Source: Nemertoderma westbladi
Lineage: Eukaryota; Animalia; Xenacoelomorpha
Direction: 5' to 3'
Assembly (NCBI GenBank): GCA_032718475.1
Contig: JAUCBJ010001126.1
Location: 1 to 64,000, forward strand
DNA length: 64,000 nt
Part shown: positions 1 to 12,467 of the stretch, piece by piece
Layout of the letters: the number at the start of each line of letters is the position of its first letter
Numbering within the stretch: position 1 is the first letter of the stretch
Program-made: the position numbers and the translations under genes
The notes under the pieces: generated by a model
What the model was told of the DNA's origin: nothing
Databases searched by the model: none
What the model saw: only the letters and a program-made list of their open reading frames with translations

Positions 1-85
1 ATGATTCTGAGTGGACCCTGGCGGGGTTCGAACGTAGAGGCAATAGATGGTAAGGGCGGCGCTAAACCAACTGAGCTACACCGCC
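1..85 (-). mobile_element. tRNA-derived SINE head, running off the window edge
   Basis: Minus strand reads GGCGGTGTAGCTCAGTTGG (A box)...GTTCGAACCCCGCC (B box) and continues into non-tRNA sequence (AGGGTCCACTCAG); no clean anticodon arm. Confidence 0.6.
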
Positions 86-368
86 TTCTTACAACATTAT
101 TATAAATAAATACTGTGGAAACATAATCAAGATACAAAATCTCAAAAAAAGTATTTTATTAGCTGATTTCACGGTTTAATTAATTAATTATATATTCCAC
201 AAATACACGCATACCATCGAAAGATACGACAGATAAATTCTACTTATTCTGCTGTTAAACCTTAAATATAATATGCAGGTATACGTAGCTATATAACAAC
301 AACCGAATTAAACTGAGTAATAACTCCGCCCGAGTCCGTTGCTTTCTACAAGTCGTCACGCCGTCCAA

Positions 369-935
369 CTAAACCTTGAACCCTCGGCTCTTCCTTCGAC
401 CACGAGCTCTCTCGAACTTCCTCCCTTTACTTCTGACAAGCGGTTTGGAGTGGCTGTGCGGAACTCCCGGTGCCTTACCGAAGTGTTTCAAGGCTTTGCG
501 TCCCTTCCTCGGGCCCTGTAGCAGCACCGTGTTCTTTCCTTTCGGGCTGCGAAGCGCCAACTGATCGAACGTGATGATGTCGCCACCGGCTTTAACGATA
601 CGAGCGCGCGCTGTTGCAGTGACCCGCAGAGCGCAAACGGTCAACTTGGGAACGCGGTAAAGTCTGACGTCGTTGGTTATGGAGCCCACAACCACGGCAA
701 CCTTACCCTCACGGCCTTCGCGTTTCATTTGTCTGGAGAGTCGAGACAGCGATAGAGGAGGTCTGTTTATTCGGCTCATACATAGCCGTTTCAGTACTAT
801 CTTATTGAACTTGCAACCCGTTCGTCGGTGGAGGAATTTGTAGAGTTTTACGAGCAGACGGAGGTAAATGTCGTCGCTCTTGGGGTTCTTGCGGACGACT
901 TTCCGCACATGATGGTGTTTAATATCGATACCCAT
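369..935 (-). CDS. RPL18: 60S ribosomal protein L18 (eL18), intronless, full length 188 aa
   Basis: MGIDIKHH...[15 protein letters not shown]...NRPPLSLSR...TFDQLAL.SPKG...[30 protein letters not shown] is the classical eL18 sequence. Confidence 0.97.
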   Translation of the reverse strand: MGIDIKHHHVRKVVRKNPKSDDIYLRLLVKLYKFLHRRTGCKFNKIVLKRLCMSRINRPPLSLSRLSRQMKREGREGKVAVVVGSITNDVRLYRVPKLTVCALRVTATARARIVKAGGDIITFDQLALRSPKGKNTVLLQGPRKGRKALKHFGKAPGVPHSHSKPLVRSKGRKFERARGRRKSRGFKV

Positions 936-2109
936 AACGATTGCGTAGAAGTCCTCTCACTACTGCTGTACTGTAGGCCTATTGGTATTCTCTATTCTGG
1001 TACCGGTTCTACAACTACCGTATGCACTACACTGCACTCACACTGCAGCCTCTGTACCGGTACCTGTATGGCTGTATGGTACCGTGAGCAATTTACACCG
1101 CAGCACAATTCATAATACAGCAATACATACAGCAAATACACACAGCAATAACTGATAACAGAATACCGCAAGACCAAACATAAAAAACATTTTATATAAA
1201 AAAAAATGTTGTTATATTTGTTACATGTTTATATGCTGTAACATTGTCATATGTTAAATTTGTTATATTTTGGTTATATTAAAACAAAAAAACAAATGTA
1301 TTTTTGACAGATTTCGTCATTTTTGGCCAAAAATTTACACATTTTGTTAAATAATTCAGCTCTATAACAAAGAAAATTAAAAAAGTGGTAAAATAAGGGG
1401 GTGTTAAGAATCACCCAATCATCATTTATGCCAAATTTTACAATAATTCATAACTTTTTAGATAAGCCTAGTTGCATTTTGAAAATTAAAATTAGCATTC
1501 TTCAGAAAACGCATAGGCCATATTTAACGTGTATGCAGCTTAGTGTAATACTTCCAATGAAATGTTAGAATGAAAAATAGAATGGAAAAAAAGAATGAAA
1601 AAACAACCGCGCTGAAAATTTTGTTGGAAGGGTGTTCCGGGTCGGTGATTTCATTTCTAAGTCTCATTACTCATTTGACAGAGTCATGGACTGTCCTGTC
1701 ATTACTGTCTATCTGTCCGTCAAAATATAACCGACAGCTGAATAGACAAACAGACATTGTGGATGACATCAAACACGAAAACTCGCGTCAGTTAATGGAA
1801 TCAGCAACCCGGATAACCCCCATAATAAAACGTTTATCTACTGTAGTTGGAATGCTTTCCTTATATTTTGACAGACAGACAAACGGACATACATACAGAC
1901 AGACATAATAGACTTCAAGAAAAATTAAAACTGACTTCGGAAATGAAATCAGCGACCAAAAACCCAAATCAAAGAAGTTTTAGAAGTACAGTACCTTTAG
2001 TTTTAGTTTGAGAAGTTTTAGAAGTACAGTACCTTTAGTTTTAGTTTGAGAAGTTTTAGAAGAAACATAATACTGTAGTTTTCGTTAAAAGTCTTATATA
2101 TATATATAT

Positions 2110-2545
2110 AATAATATAATATTTGTAAGCATAAAATAATAAACAAAATAAAAAATTATTTTAAATAAACCTAGATCGACCTCAGAAACAATTCATATAT
2201 TACTTTATCACTAGCTTTCGATATAATATATGTATATCTTTTTCAAGTGTTGAAAACCAACTATTTATCAATTAAATAAATTAATAACATAAGCACAATT
2301 TAAAATTCTAGAAAGTTTGTATACCTGAACTTTAAAGGTATACCAAAAAAAGGTATTAAAGGTAAAGGTTTTAAATTTTGAGAATTTTAAATTGTGCTTA
2401 TATTGTTATTAATTTATTTAATTTATAAATAGTTGGTTTTCAACACTTGAAAAAGATATACATATTATATCGAAAGCTAGTGATAAAGTAATATATGAAT
2501 TTTTTCTGATATTTATTTATTATTTTATGCTTACAAATATATAAT
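2110..2545. mobile_element. AT-rich foldback/MITE-like long inverted repeat
   Basis: ~2190-2310 (aattcatatattactttatcactagctttcgatat...) is the reverse complement of ~2375-2500; outer arms tttgtaagcataaaataat / attattttatgcttacaaa also pair. Confidence 0.65.
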
Positions 2546-5500
2546 ACACTAAACTGGATCCCTTTCCCACGGCGGTTTCTTATATATTCAAGGATTATAT
2601 CTTCCCACAATAATTTACATATATAATATATATATATACATTTTTCCGGAAATTTCTTATTCATTTTCCGGAAATTTCCTATTTTATGAATTATATTTAG
2701 CAAATTCTGAAAACATATATATATTAAAACGCAAGTAGAGTAAACACTAGAAACAAGGGATTCCTACTTAGATGTGGTCATAACTACGGATGAAATATAC
2801 TTTTCCGGAAATTTCCTTTCACACTAACTTTTTGTTATTCATTTGGAAAAATACTGTAAGTGGCAAAATTCAAAATTGCCCCCCCCCCCTTAATATGCGG
2901 CCCTGCATAACTTTTGAACTACATTAGCTATAACAAAAATGTTGACGTTTTGAAATCCTCATAAAAATCTGCACCAGGTGGGATTGAAAATGAAAACTCG
3001 ATTTTTTTCTGATTTAGTCAACCCCCCCGCCCCCCCCCCCCCCCCCCCCTTAAGGTAAGGTTTAATAGATCTTACTAATTGGTTCGCATCCACGCTTAAA
3101 ATATATTACTTTTAAAACATAATTTTTTTGTTAATACCTGCCTGACATCAATCCCCTGTGAGCCTTTGGGTTGGGGTGGTGCAGATCAGGACAGTAAGAA
3201 GGAGGTTGAAGGGGGGGATCTTTCCCCTCTTCTTTGATTTTTTCTTCCGATTTTGTGGTACAGTAGAATCGCTCAATTTTAATTTGTATCATAACTGAGC
3301 CTCATGCTGCGCGAAGGCATCTAGAACGTGTACCCTGTATTATCATTATCATTATTGCAATGCATTGGGAACTAGCCTATTGCATTGGAAAAAGAGGTAT
3401 AAATATATTTAGAATTACAATTTAGAATATATATATAAAGTAATAATAATTTAGAATATTTATTAAGAATACATATTTGAGTAATTTATCTTTAAAATCA
3501 TTATGCGATCATTATTAGAACTCATTAAATCGGCTACATCATGACCTACTGTACTACAGAGTAACAGTAAGTCATGGCTAGATCATTAGGATACAACCAT
3601 GACCTACTACTGTATAACATTTGCTACACCTACTATGTTATAGTAGGTCATGATACAACCCAACCGGGACGCAACGCAACGCGGCCACAGTTCGCATGTA
3701 GGCCTAAACCCACAATTCATCTGCAATACAGTATCAAGAGTTTCTCTTAGCAGACTCTTCCGTAATATCAAGGCTGACCAGCCAGCTGGCTGCCATAGAA
3801 CAGGATCACACAGACGGATCAGTTCTACAACAGCAGCGCCCAATAGGATTCATCCGCTGCGCCTGCAGGGTTGTCTGGGTTTTGGTAGTAAGATGTTACT
3901 AAGTATATTGTACTGTACAACGCTTCGTTTGTTAAGTGAGTATTGTCTCCGATTCCATGATCCATGCATTAGGCCTAGTATCTGGTGTATGTACCGTGTT
4001 CTGGCTCTGGGGTCTACCACAGTACGGACCCACCAGGCGTCACGAAATCACGAATAATAACTGCTCTATGCTCAACATGATGTCTGGCAATTAAATAGCC
4101 AATAACATGGATGGTTGGATTTCTGATCCCGCTTCATCTTTTTAAATAAAGTTTCTTCTGCAATACTGTGAAGAAAGGATGCTTTTAAATAATTAATATC
4201 AAGATAAAGGGGTTAACAGGGAGATTTAGTTTTACTGTGAATAAAATACATAAATTATTGGAAAGCAAACACAGTAGGTTTAATAATTAATCGAACGTTC
4301 TTATACCAAAACAATTATTCAAATTAAATGAAATATTTTAATAGAATCGCACAAACATTGCAATACCAAATGCTAAAATGGACATACAGGAATTTGAAAG
4401 AAACAAAATAACCACATCAACAAATCAATGCAACAATAACAAACAGAAAACTCACGCGTATAGAGGTTGCTGGTTGCATTGAGTACAAGTTAAATATGAG
4501 GGAATAACTAAACAGTTAAGCAGAAGAGCGACAATGTCAGACTAAACCTGTCAATCAATGTATATTTCCTTTTACAAAGAGGGTAATATAATTAAATTAA
4601 AACACTCAAGTTACCGATGAAATAAAATTAACGTCTAAATTAGAGTACAGGTAACACTAATACTAGGCGCACACACACACACATCTTACAATAATGAAAA
4701 ATATAATGAAAACGTACGTTCACATACACACAAGTTATTACAACAAAAGTAGAAATACATTATTATATGCGATGTGAGCACAATATATAAATTGATGTAG
4801 AACTAATCCCACTCCTCAATTGAGCCTAACAACCGACCATATACACCTCATTATCCCATGGAATGACGACACGCCGCTGCCTAGAAATGATATACTGTAC
4901 TTCGTACTGAATTGTTGCTAAGCAGCTACCCCCGTAGGAACAACATAGTGACCCAACACTAAAACCCAACAGAAACTTTAAGATAAATTGATAGATGGTC
5001 CGGAGCTGTATAGTGCGAGCCAGCCACAACGACGAAAATAAATCGTCTACCGATAACTTCCCTACCAAAATATCTTCAAAATTACAAATTCTCCCTAAAC
5101 GCTAACTAAAACAGGCTGTTCTACAACCTAACACTACCTGGTTCAAGATGTAATGATGCAGAAACACAAACTTCACTAAATGGATGTAAAATTGAATTAA
5201 ATCACTAATTTCCTTTCGTCAACAAACAGCGACACCACGACTCACTAAACAACGCAACTCATAAAGTAATCTCGTTCTCTCTACACATCGAACTCCACAA
5301 ACAAGATTCAAAGCGCCAATAATAGAGAACTTGGACCCCCTTAATTATTCGAATCTTTAATTCCACGTAATAATAAATTATGTTTCTTAGGAAATGCGAA
5401 ATTAAACCAATCACAAAGCTTAAAACTCTACTAAACACAATAAACAGCGCCACGGTTGTAAGGTGTAATTTATTTCAAGTCAGAGTACCTCCACACAGCC

Positions 5501-5781
5501 CCTGACCACGCAGATCCCAGGTAAATAAACACAACACAAGAGAATATTAAAGGATATTCCTGTACTTAAATTATTCTGTCTACACGACACATTGACCCTC
5601 CGCCGGTGATAAACAAAAGTCTTAAATCATCCAAGGGTTAGGCGACCCCCGAATTGGCGACAGCGCTCCACTGGTTGGGTGGTTACCATCAACCAATCGC
5701 GGTGGCGCATTCTAGGCCTGGTCCGGGCAGTCTCGAGCAAAATGGCCCAACTTGCCGCATTGGTAGCAGTCTGTCTGGCTC

Positions 5782-6319
5782 TGTGACGGGATCCAGGAGG
5801 GATCCCGATTTATCCGATGTGGTATTTAGTCCACGCGTCCCCGCCGTGTATAAGAGTGAAATAAAGATAACTGAGTTCTGAAGTTCGGTGTATAATAAGA
5901 GGTTATAGGATATAGATATATTGTGAATTGTACGGTAGGCGGGATACGGTAACTAAAGTCCCGTGATCCCCTAACTAAACTAATTGGCTGTACCCTACGC
6001 TAGCACTGCTGCACTGAGATAACTGAATCACTGATTAATAGGTTATTGGTTATATTGCACGGTGGCCTTACTGCTACTCAATCGATGCCATTCCCCCCTC
6101 TGATTGGTTAATACCCTTGTTGGCGCCCCGTGGAGTATTCCCGTTCACTCCACCTGTTCTCCTTGGGTTAGGGGTTTGGCCCCTGACCCTCTATTGTGTG
6201 CTTCCTTCCCACTCTCATTGGGATGGCACGAGTTGGTTAATTGCCCAATCTCGTGGCTCCCAATATTGCTTATCGGCTAATAACTTTATGGGGTGTTGGC
6301 GGGATTGAATAAGCTAACA
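5782..6319 (-). repeat. 3' LTR
   Basis: Same as 11930-12467 except one substitution seen (g5941 vs a12089). Confidence 0.95.
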
Positions 6320-6330
6320 CTCCCCCCCAT
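6320..6330 (-). promoter_or_regulatory. Polypurine tract (PPT)
   Basis: Minus strand reads a G-run followed by AG immediately before the TGTT start of the 3' LTR. Confidence 0.8.
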
Positions 6331-7429
6331 GCTATCTTCCCGGTAAGAAGATAGCATCAACCAAAAAATGCGTTACAATCCCGCTGGATCCCGATCTAGA
6401 ATCGGGTGTGGGGTGGAAATCTTTTCTCTCGGAGTCGGCTTTCCAGGCCGCTCCCTCTGGGTATGATAACGCTACCCTTTACGCCTGGCGTCCATGTCGG
6501 GCCGATCGTGCTCGTCTCTCACACGATTTTTGTTTCCCCAACACTTTCGCCCTTGACTCTACTCTCCTTTCACTCTACTCTCGGACTTCTCTGTCCCTTA
6601 CTCAGCTTCTTACTCCTTCCCCCCCACGCTTGAATTGCGCTCACACTATCTCCAAACTATCTCCATACCACCTCTCGCTATCTCTCTTGCCACTCCCTAA
6701 GGCTTTAATCTCTAATGCTACCCCTGTGCTATCATACTGTCTACCTACTGCTTACTAACTCTAACTATCTAACTAACTCTGCTAACTACTAACTCTTACT
6801 ACTTCTAGCTCTAACTGAGAGCCTCTAACTTTCTACTGACTCTAACTCTCTACTAAGTCTAACTAACTCCTACTAACTTTCTACTTCTACCAACTCTACT
6901 TGACTCCTCTGCTTGACTCCTCTGCTTGACTAGCTCTACTAACTCTGCTCCACTAGCTCTGCTAACTCTACTCCACTAGCTCTGCTAACTCTACTCCGCT
7001 CTTCTAACTACGTGGCGCTTGCGGTGCCCACAACCACTCTACTATCTGGCACCCTATGTGCCCTTCTACTACTCAACTACCTCTCTAGCTCTACTACCTG
7101 GCACCCTATGTGCCCCCTCTGCTCTACTCTACTACCTGGCACCCTGTGTGCCCTCTCTACTACACTACTACCTCTCTAACTTACTACCTGGCACCCTATG
7201 TGCCCGTCTCTACTCCTCTACATCCCCTTTACGTCTCATCGCCTACACGTGACGCTCTGAGTGCCGGCAGAGTGGGTACGTTAATTATGTGAACTACTAC
7301 TGACTCTACTAACTCTACTAACTCTCTTCTAACTCTACTAACTCTTTTTGTGCCCGGCACCTCTTGTGCCCGGCACCTTCTACCTCTACTAACTCTTTTT
7401 GTGCCCGGCACCTCTTGTGCCCGGCACCT

Positions 7430-7975
7430 TCTAACTCTAACTAGGTATTACGTACCCTCTAACTCTAACTCTAACTAGGTACTACGTACCTACTAACTCT
7501 CTAACTCTAGGTACTACGTACCTACTAACTCTAACTCTAACTAGGTACTACGCACCTACTAACTCTTACTAACTCTCTAACGGTACTACGTACCTACTAA
7601 CTCTTACTAACTCTCTAACGGTACTACGTACCCCTTAACTCCTACTCTCTAACGGTACTACGTACCCTCTAACTCTTACTCTAACGGTACTACACGTACC
7701 CTCCTACTAACTCTTCTACTAACGGTACTACACGTACCCTCCTACTAACTCTTCTACTAACGGTACTACACGTACCCTCCTACTAACTCTTCTACTAACG
7801 GTACTACACGTACCCTCCTACTAACTCTTCTACTAACGGTACTACACGTACCCTCCTACTAACTCTTCTACTAACGGTACTACACGTACCCTCCTACTAA
7901 CTCTTCTACTAACGGTACTACACGTACCCTCCTACTAACTCTTCTACTAACGGTACTACACGTACCATCCTACCT
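7430..7975. repeat. 38-bp tandem minisatellite in the 3' internal region of the LTR element
   Basis: ctaacggtactacacgtaccctcctactaactcttcta repeated ~8 times from 7681, with degenerate shorter units to the left; each unit has a ggtac...gtacc mini-hairpin. Confidence 0.85.
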
Positions 7976-8177
7976 AACTCCTAACTACCTAACTTCTGCC
8001 TACTCTATTATTTAATTATTTTCTTATTTTAATTAAATAATTATTTTATATTTTGTGCGTGGGAGGGGCGTCTCGCCCTCATTCCCACCCCCCTCAGTCC
8101 AAAACTTTGGACGACTAAAAACTCTCACGTGCCCCTTCTTCCGGTAGGCACTCTCCCGCTGCCCTCCTATACGTCCT

Positions 8178-11100
8178 CTAACTCTTCGCCACACTCTCTT
8201 CGGTGCCACCTTTGCTGGCCTCCCCCTTCGTATGTGCGCTGGCATTAAAGGCCCTCGACGACCCCCGCTCGTTCCTTGGTACACACGGCGTCTGCCCGTG
8301 CAATGCCCCCTCGCACTGTGTCCGTCCTGCGTGTGTATGCAACACGCCTCCTTCTACTTTCCCGACTCCCTTATGTTTGCTAATGGGCTTCTCTGCCCCT
8401 GGTTTAGTCCTTTCATATCCTCTCCCTTTCCAACACTCTCCGGATCTGTGTCCTTTTACCACACATCGATGACATAGTCCGTTTGCGTCTGTGTAGGCTA
8501 CACGATCTCGTTTGGGCAACGCTTGCCAGTACTTGCAACTCCTGGTCTTATGGGTTCCGTCCCGATGTAATTGACATTGGAATCCTGGATTATAGCGTTT
8601 CCTGTATAGTCCTTCACGTATCGCGCTTAGGTTTATATGTACCGATTTAATGTTTTGGTTGTCTAGACTCGGCCTACTGGGTATATTGGGATTGTGTTTA
8701 TTTTTGGTGTTATTTTCTTTCTGTCCCTGCCACGGTGTGGCCCTGCTCCCAGCTAACTGTGGACTAGCAGTCCCCTGTACGGCCGCGTGTGGTATTGACT
8801 GTCCGCACGACCTGTTCTCGTCCAAGGGAGTTCGATGTTCTCGCTCCTATTGGGGTATATTGTCGATATTGTGATGGGGGAATGTCACCCTGTCCCCCCC
8901 CAGCCGGTATGTTTGGTACTGGGGTTGATGTTAATACATTGGGGCCCATACGTCTATCTCCAATAACTCCCCCCTCCCCTGGATATATGTTATGTCCCTG
9001 TGTATTATAGTCATGCTGCTGTACCGATATAGGCCTACCTACCTCTCGCCTACCTACCGGTATGTACTCCGCGACTTCCGGGTTTAATCCCGTCGTTCGC
9101 GCTACCCCATCGCCTACTCTATCTCTCCCAGCATGGCCTATAATAGTATGTGCAGTAAGGCCTACAGTATGTCCTGCAGTCTGCATGTGCCCTTCCGAAC
9201 CGAAGTTTATTCTTCGCGAATCTCGAATCTCCCCGCGACTACTGCACTCTCGATCGGCAGCTATATCCCGTCGGGAAGCTTCTCTCCGATCCCCTCTCCT
9301 GTTCTCGACTCTGTATTGGTACGTCTTGTACCCCTCTCTTGGCGTGCGGTGCGTTTCTCCGGGGCGACGGCAATCTCCCGAAGTTCGACCCCACTGGCTC
9401 CCTGACTCCATCTCTACTGTCGACGGTCCGTTATCCGTCCTCGCACTGCTATCGTTCGTGGCGACACTTCTTCTACTATCTTCTCTTCTTCTCTTTTCTG
9501 TGTAGTATTCCGGCTCGTGAGATCTCTCGTCGACCTCCCGGTTAAACTCCACTGTTCTTCCTCCCTCTTCTGATCGGGCTCGACGCTTCGCCTGCCCTCT
9601 CGCGACGTCAACCTGCCTCTCTCTGCTCGATCGCACGCCGCTGGGGATACTCGCAATCCCCCTATTACTCTCCGTCGCCGGGTGTTGCGGTTTACCTGAT
9701 TCGGCCCGCGCATTATCCGCTGACGGCTGTGGGACACTCTCTGCCCCCCCTCTCTCTCTACTAGTCTCTCGCGGTGGGGTGCCCGTAGCCCCCCCCCACC
9801 CGCCACTTCTAACTTCACTATTTCTTACTACACTTCTATACCCCTCTTGTGGGGCATTCTCTGCCCCCCCTCTCTCGCCACTAATCTTATGTGGTGGGGC
9901 GCCGGTAGCCCCCCCCCCACTCGCCACATCTAACTTCACTATCTCTCACTTCGTCTCTACACCCCTCTCTAGTCGACGCACTGTCTCTACTACGGCTGGG
10001 TCTATTCACCCCCGCCTCTCTCTCTACTACTGCGTGGCCCACCAGGCCCACTTCGGGTTGGCTCAACCCCGCTACCTCCTGCCTACCAACTACGTGGCCT
10101 ACCAGGCCGCCGTCGGGTTGGCTCAACCCTGCCACCTCCTGCCTACTAACTACGTGGCCTACCAGGCCACCGTCTGCCGGGTTATGTACGTCCGACACGC
10201 TCATATTAATAGCACCATTCCCAATATTATTTGTTAAATCAATTAAATTATTAGAATTTGAAACGGGATTATTATTTAAATTATTTAAATTACTTAGATC
10301 ACTACTATTCTCTAAACTTAAATTATTATTCGAATTATTTTGCGGGTTTGAATTGAAATTATTATTTAGAGTATTTGTATTTAAATTTAAATACTACTAC
10401 CCGGTAAAATATTATTTCCTGTAATAAAGGGATTAGGGTTATTTACTACGGTACTATTAATATTAACTATCTTCTAACGTACTACTACTACCCCCCCCGC
10501 CCGTACGGCTACACCAGTTCTGGCTCTCTCGCCCGGTGCCTGTAAGTGGGGGCTCACTCTCTGATATCTCCAACCGCGCCAGTTCTAGTCGGCGCCGTTT
10601 AAGTTTGGCCCGATATTGCGCAAGCAGCGCCAGTCGGTCAAGCAAAAGATCTCGCTCACGCTTTTGCTTTAACTCTCTCTCTCCGCACACTCGGGACTCT
10701 CTCGCAAGCATCCCAGGCTGCCTCGCCGGCTCGCTCTCTATTCTCCCGGTTATTATCGCGATATGCTCCCGCTTTCTACGCTCCTCGGCCCTCTCTCTAT
10801 CCTCCCTTACCAACTCTAATAATGCGGTTTGCTCTCTCAATTGCCCCTCTAACTGTTTCCGCTCTGCCGCCGCCTTTTCTAATTTATACGCCACGCGTTC
10901 ACTCTCTCGCACCCATTTTTCTTTTGCGGAGGATGTAGCAGACTTATCGGTTGCGACGGACTCCCGTCGCCCCTCCGTCCCACTAACTTTCCCCCGCTTC
11001 CCGGAACTTCCTCCGACCGACGAGACCGAATCCTCGGAGTTAACCTCGGATTCGCCCTCCCCAGGTCTCTTCCAACCCACTAACTTAAATTCCCTGGCAC

Positions 11101-11815
11101 CGACTAAGTATGGCCCTATGTACACTACACCAGGCCCCATACCCCTACGTTCCCATAGCCCAAACAGTTCGAAGGCAACCCCTCTCGCTCTCTCCCTGGC
11201 CAGTTCTCCCTGCCCAGAACGCACTAGGTGATCAAAGTATCTGTTCGACTCACCTAGTCGTCTCCTCAGTCTCACCTCGTCTATCTTCGCCCCTCCTTTG
11301 GCCTCTCTCAGTTGCTCCCGGGTCACGAGGTAGGCCCGTCGAAGTCGATCAGAAACCCCGACGTCCTCGTCGCCGACCTCTCCTCCGTCCCTCCGGGTTC
11401 GACGTCGTACCGGCGGCTCCACCGTCGCCGTTCCGGTGGGCCGTCCGTCGCCCTCGGCCTGTAGCTGGCCGGCGACATCGGTACCGATCTTTCCTCCGTC
11501 TCTTCGCGTCCGGCGTCGCACCGTCGGCCCCACCGTCGCCGTTTCGGTGGGCCGCTCGTCGCCCTCGGCCGGTAGCTGGCCGGTGACATCGGCGCGCCGT
11601 TCTCCGTCTCGTGTCGACTCGTCTCCTTCTCCCTCCGTCTCGCTCTCTTTCTCTCTTAGCTCGACTTCGGGTTCCAGGCCCTCCTCGTTCCGGACTTCCG
11701 GTTCGCCCGTTATCGATGGCTCCGGCGTCGTGGGCCTGTATCGTTTGGTCGCGGCCTCGCGGATCGTTAGGTCTTCGTCCGGGGTCCGCGTCGGTGTCTC
11801 GCCCGATTCACTCAT
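8178..11815 (-). pseudogene. Frameshifted gag-like ORF ending in BEL/Pao-type zinc knuckles
   Basis: Segments 10463-11815, an Asn-rich open frame 10393-9887, 8764-9939 and 8178-8825 chain through frameshifts (~10467, ~10391, poly-C ~9910, ~8800). C-terminus CQLHRDGTHKTRSC..W..LPKRDRVAYTDANGLCHRCVVKGHRSGEC matches the BEL/Pao Gag double knuckle. Confidence 0.7.
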
Positions 11816-11929
11816 CTCGTTTGTGGCTGATGATTCGGCTAGCTAGGTTGCAGTTCTTAGAGTTTAACTAGGGCGGCAGCTCGGTTTAGTTACTGAGTTT
11901 AGCTGGGGAAGCAACACCGTTTTAGTTAC

Positions 11930-12467
11930 TGTGACGGGATCCAGGAGGGATCCCGATTTATCCGATGTGGTATTTAGTCCACGCGTCCCCGCCGTGTATA
12001 AGAGTGAAATAAAGATAACTGAGTTCTGAAGTTCGGTGTATAATAAGAGGTTATAGGATATAGATATATTGTGAATTGTACGGTAGGCAGGATACGGTAA
12101 CTAAAGTCCCGTGATCCCCTAACTAAACTAATTGGCTGTACCCTACGCTAGCACTGCTGCACTGAGATAACTGAATCACTGATTAATAGGTTATTGGTTA
12201 TATTGCACGGTGGCCTTACTGCTACTCAATCGATGCCATTCCCCCCTCTGATTGGTTAATACCCTTGTTGGCGCCCCGTGGAGTATTCCCGTTCACTCCA
12301 CCTGTTCTCCTTGGGTTAGGGGTTTGGCCCCTGACCCTCTATTGTGTGCTTCCTTCCCACTCTCATTGGGATGGCACGAGTTGGTTAATTGCCCAATCTC
12401 GTGGCTCCCAATATTGCTTATCGGCTAATAACTTTATGGGGTGTTGGCGGGATTGAATAAGCTAACA
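11930..12467 (-). repeat. 5' LTR
   Basis: 538-bp direct repeat of 5782-6319, followed by the TSD GGCTC. Confidence 0.95.

Larger units (their letters stand above)
5782..12467 (-). mobile_element. Non-autonomous LTR retrotransposon (BEL/Pao-derived, gag remnant only, no pol)
   Basis: Two 538-bp LTRs with TG...CA ends; 5-bp TSD GGCTC (5777-5781, 12468-12472); empty site tctggctcttccc in copy 2 at ~36580; polypurine tract next to the left LTR fixes minus orientation. Confidence 0.93.

Noticed and set aside
1-85. tRNA gene
   Set aside because: A and B boxes are present, but there is no proper anticodon arm and it runs into SINE-like body sequence.
5782-6319. Plus-strand orientation of the LTR element (TATAA and AATAAA on +)
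   Set aside because: The PPT position and all gag-like frames are on the minus strand.
10205-10462. Intron in the LTR element's gag
   Set aside because: No usable acceptor; the AT-rich stretch reads as open Asn-rich coding frames linked by frameshifts.
10536-11871. Plus-strand ORFs inside the LTR element
   Set aside because: Antisense shadows of the GC-rich gag remnant.
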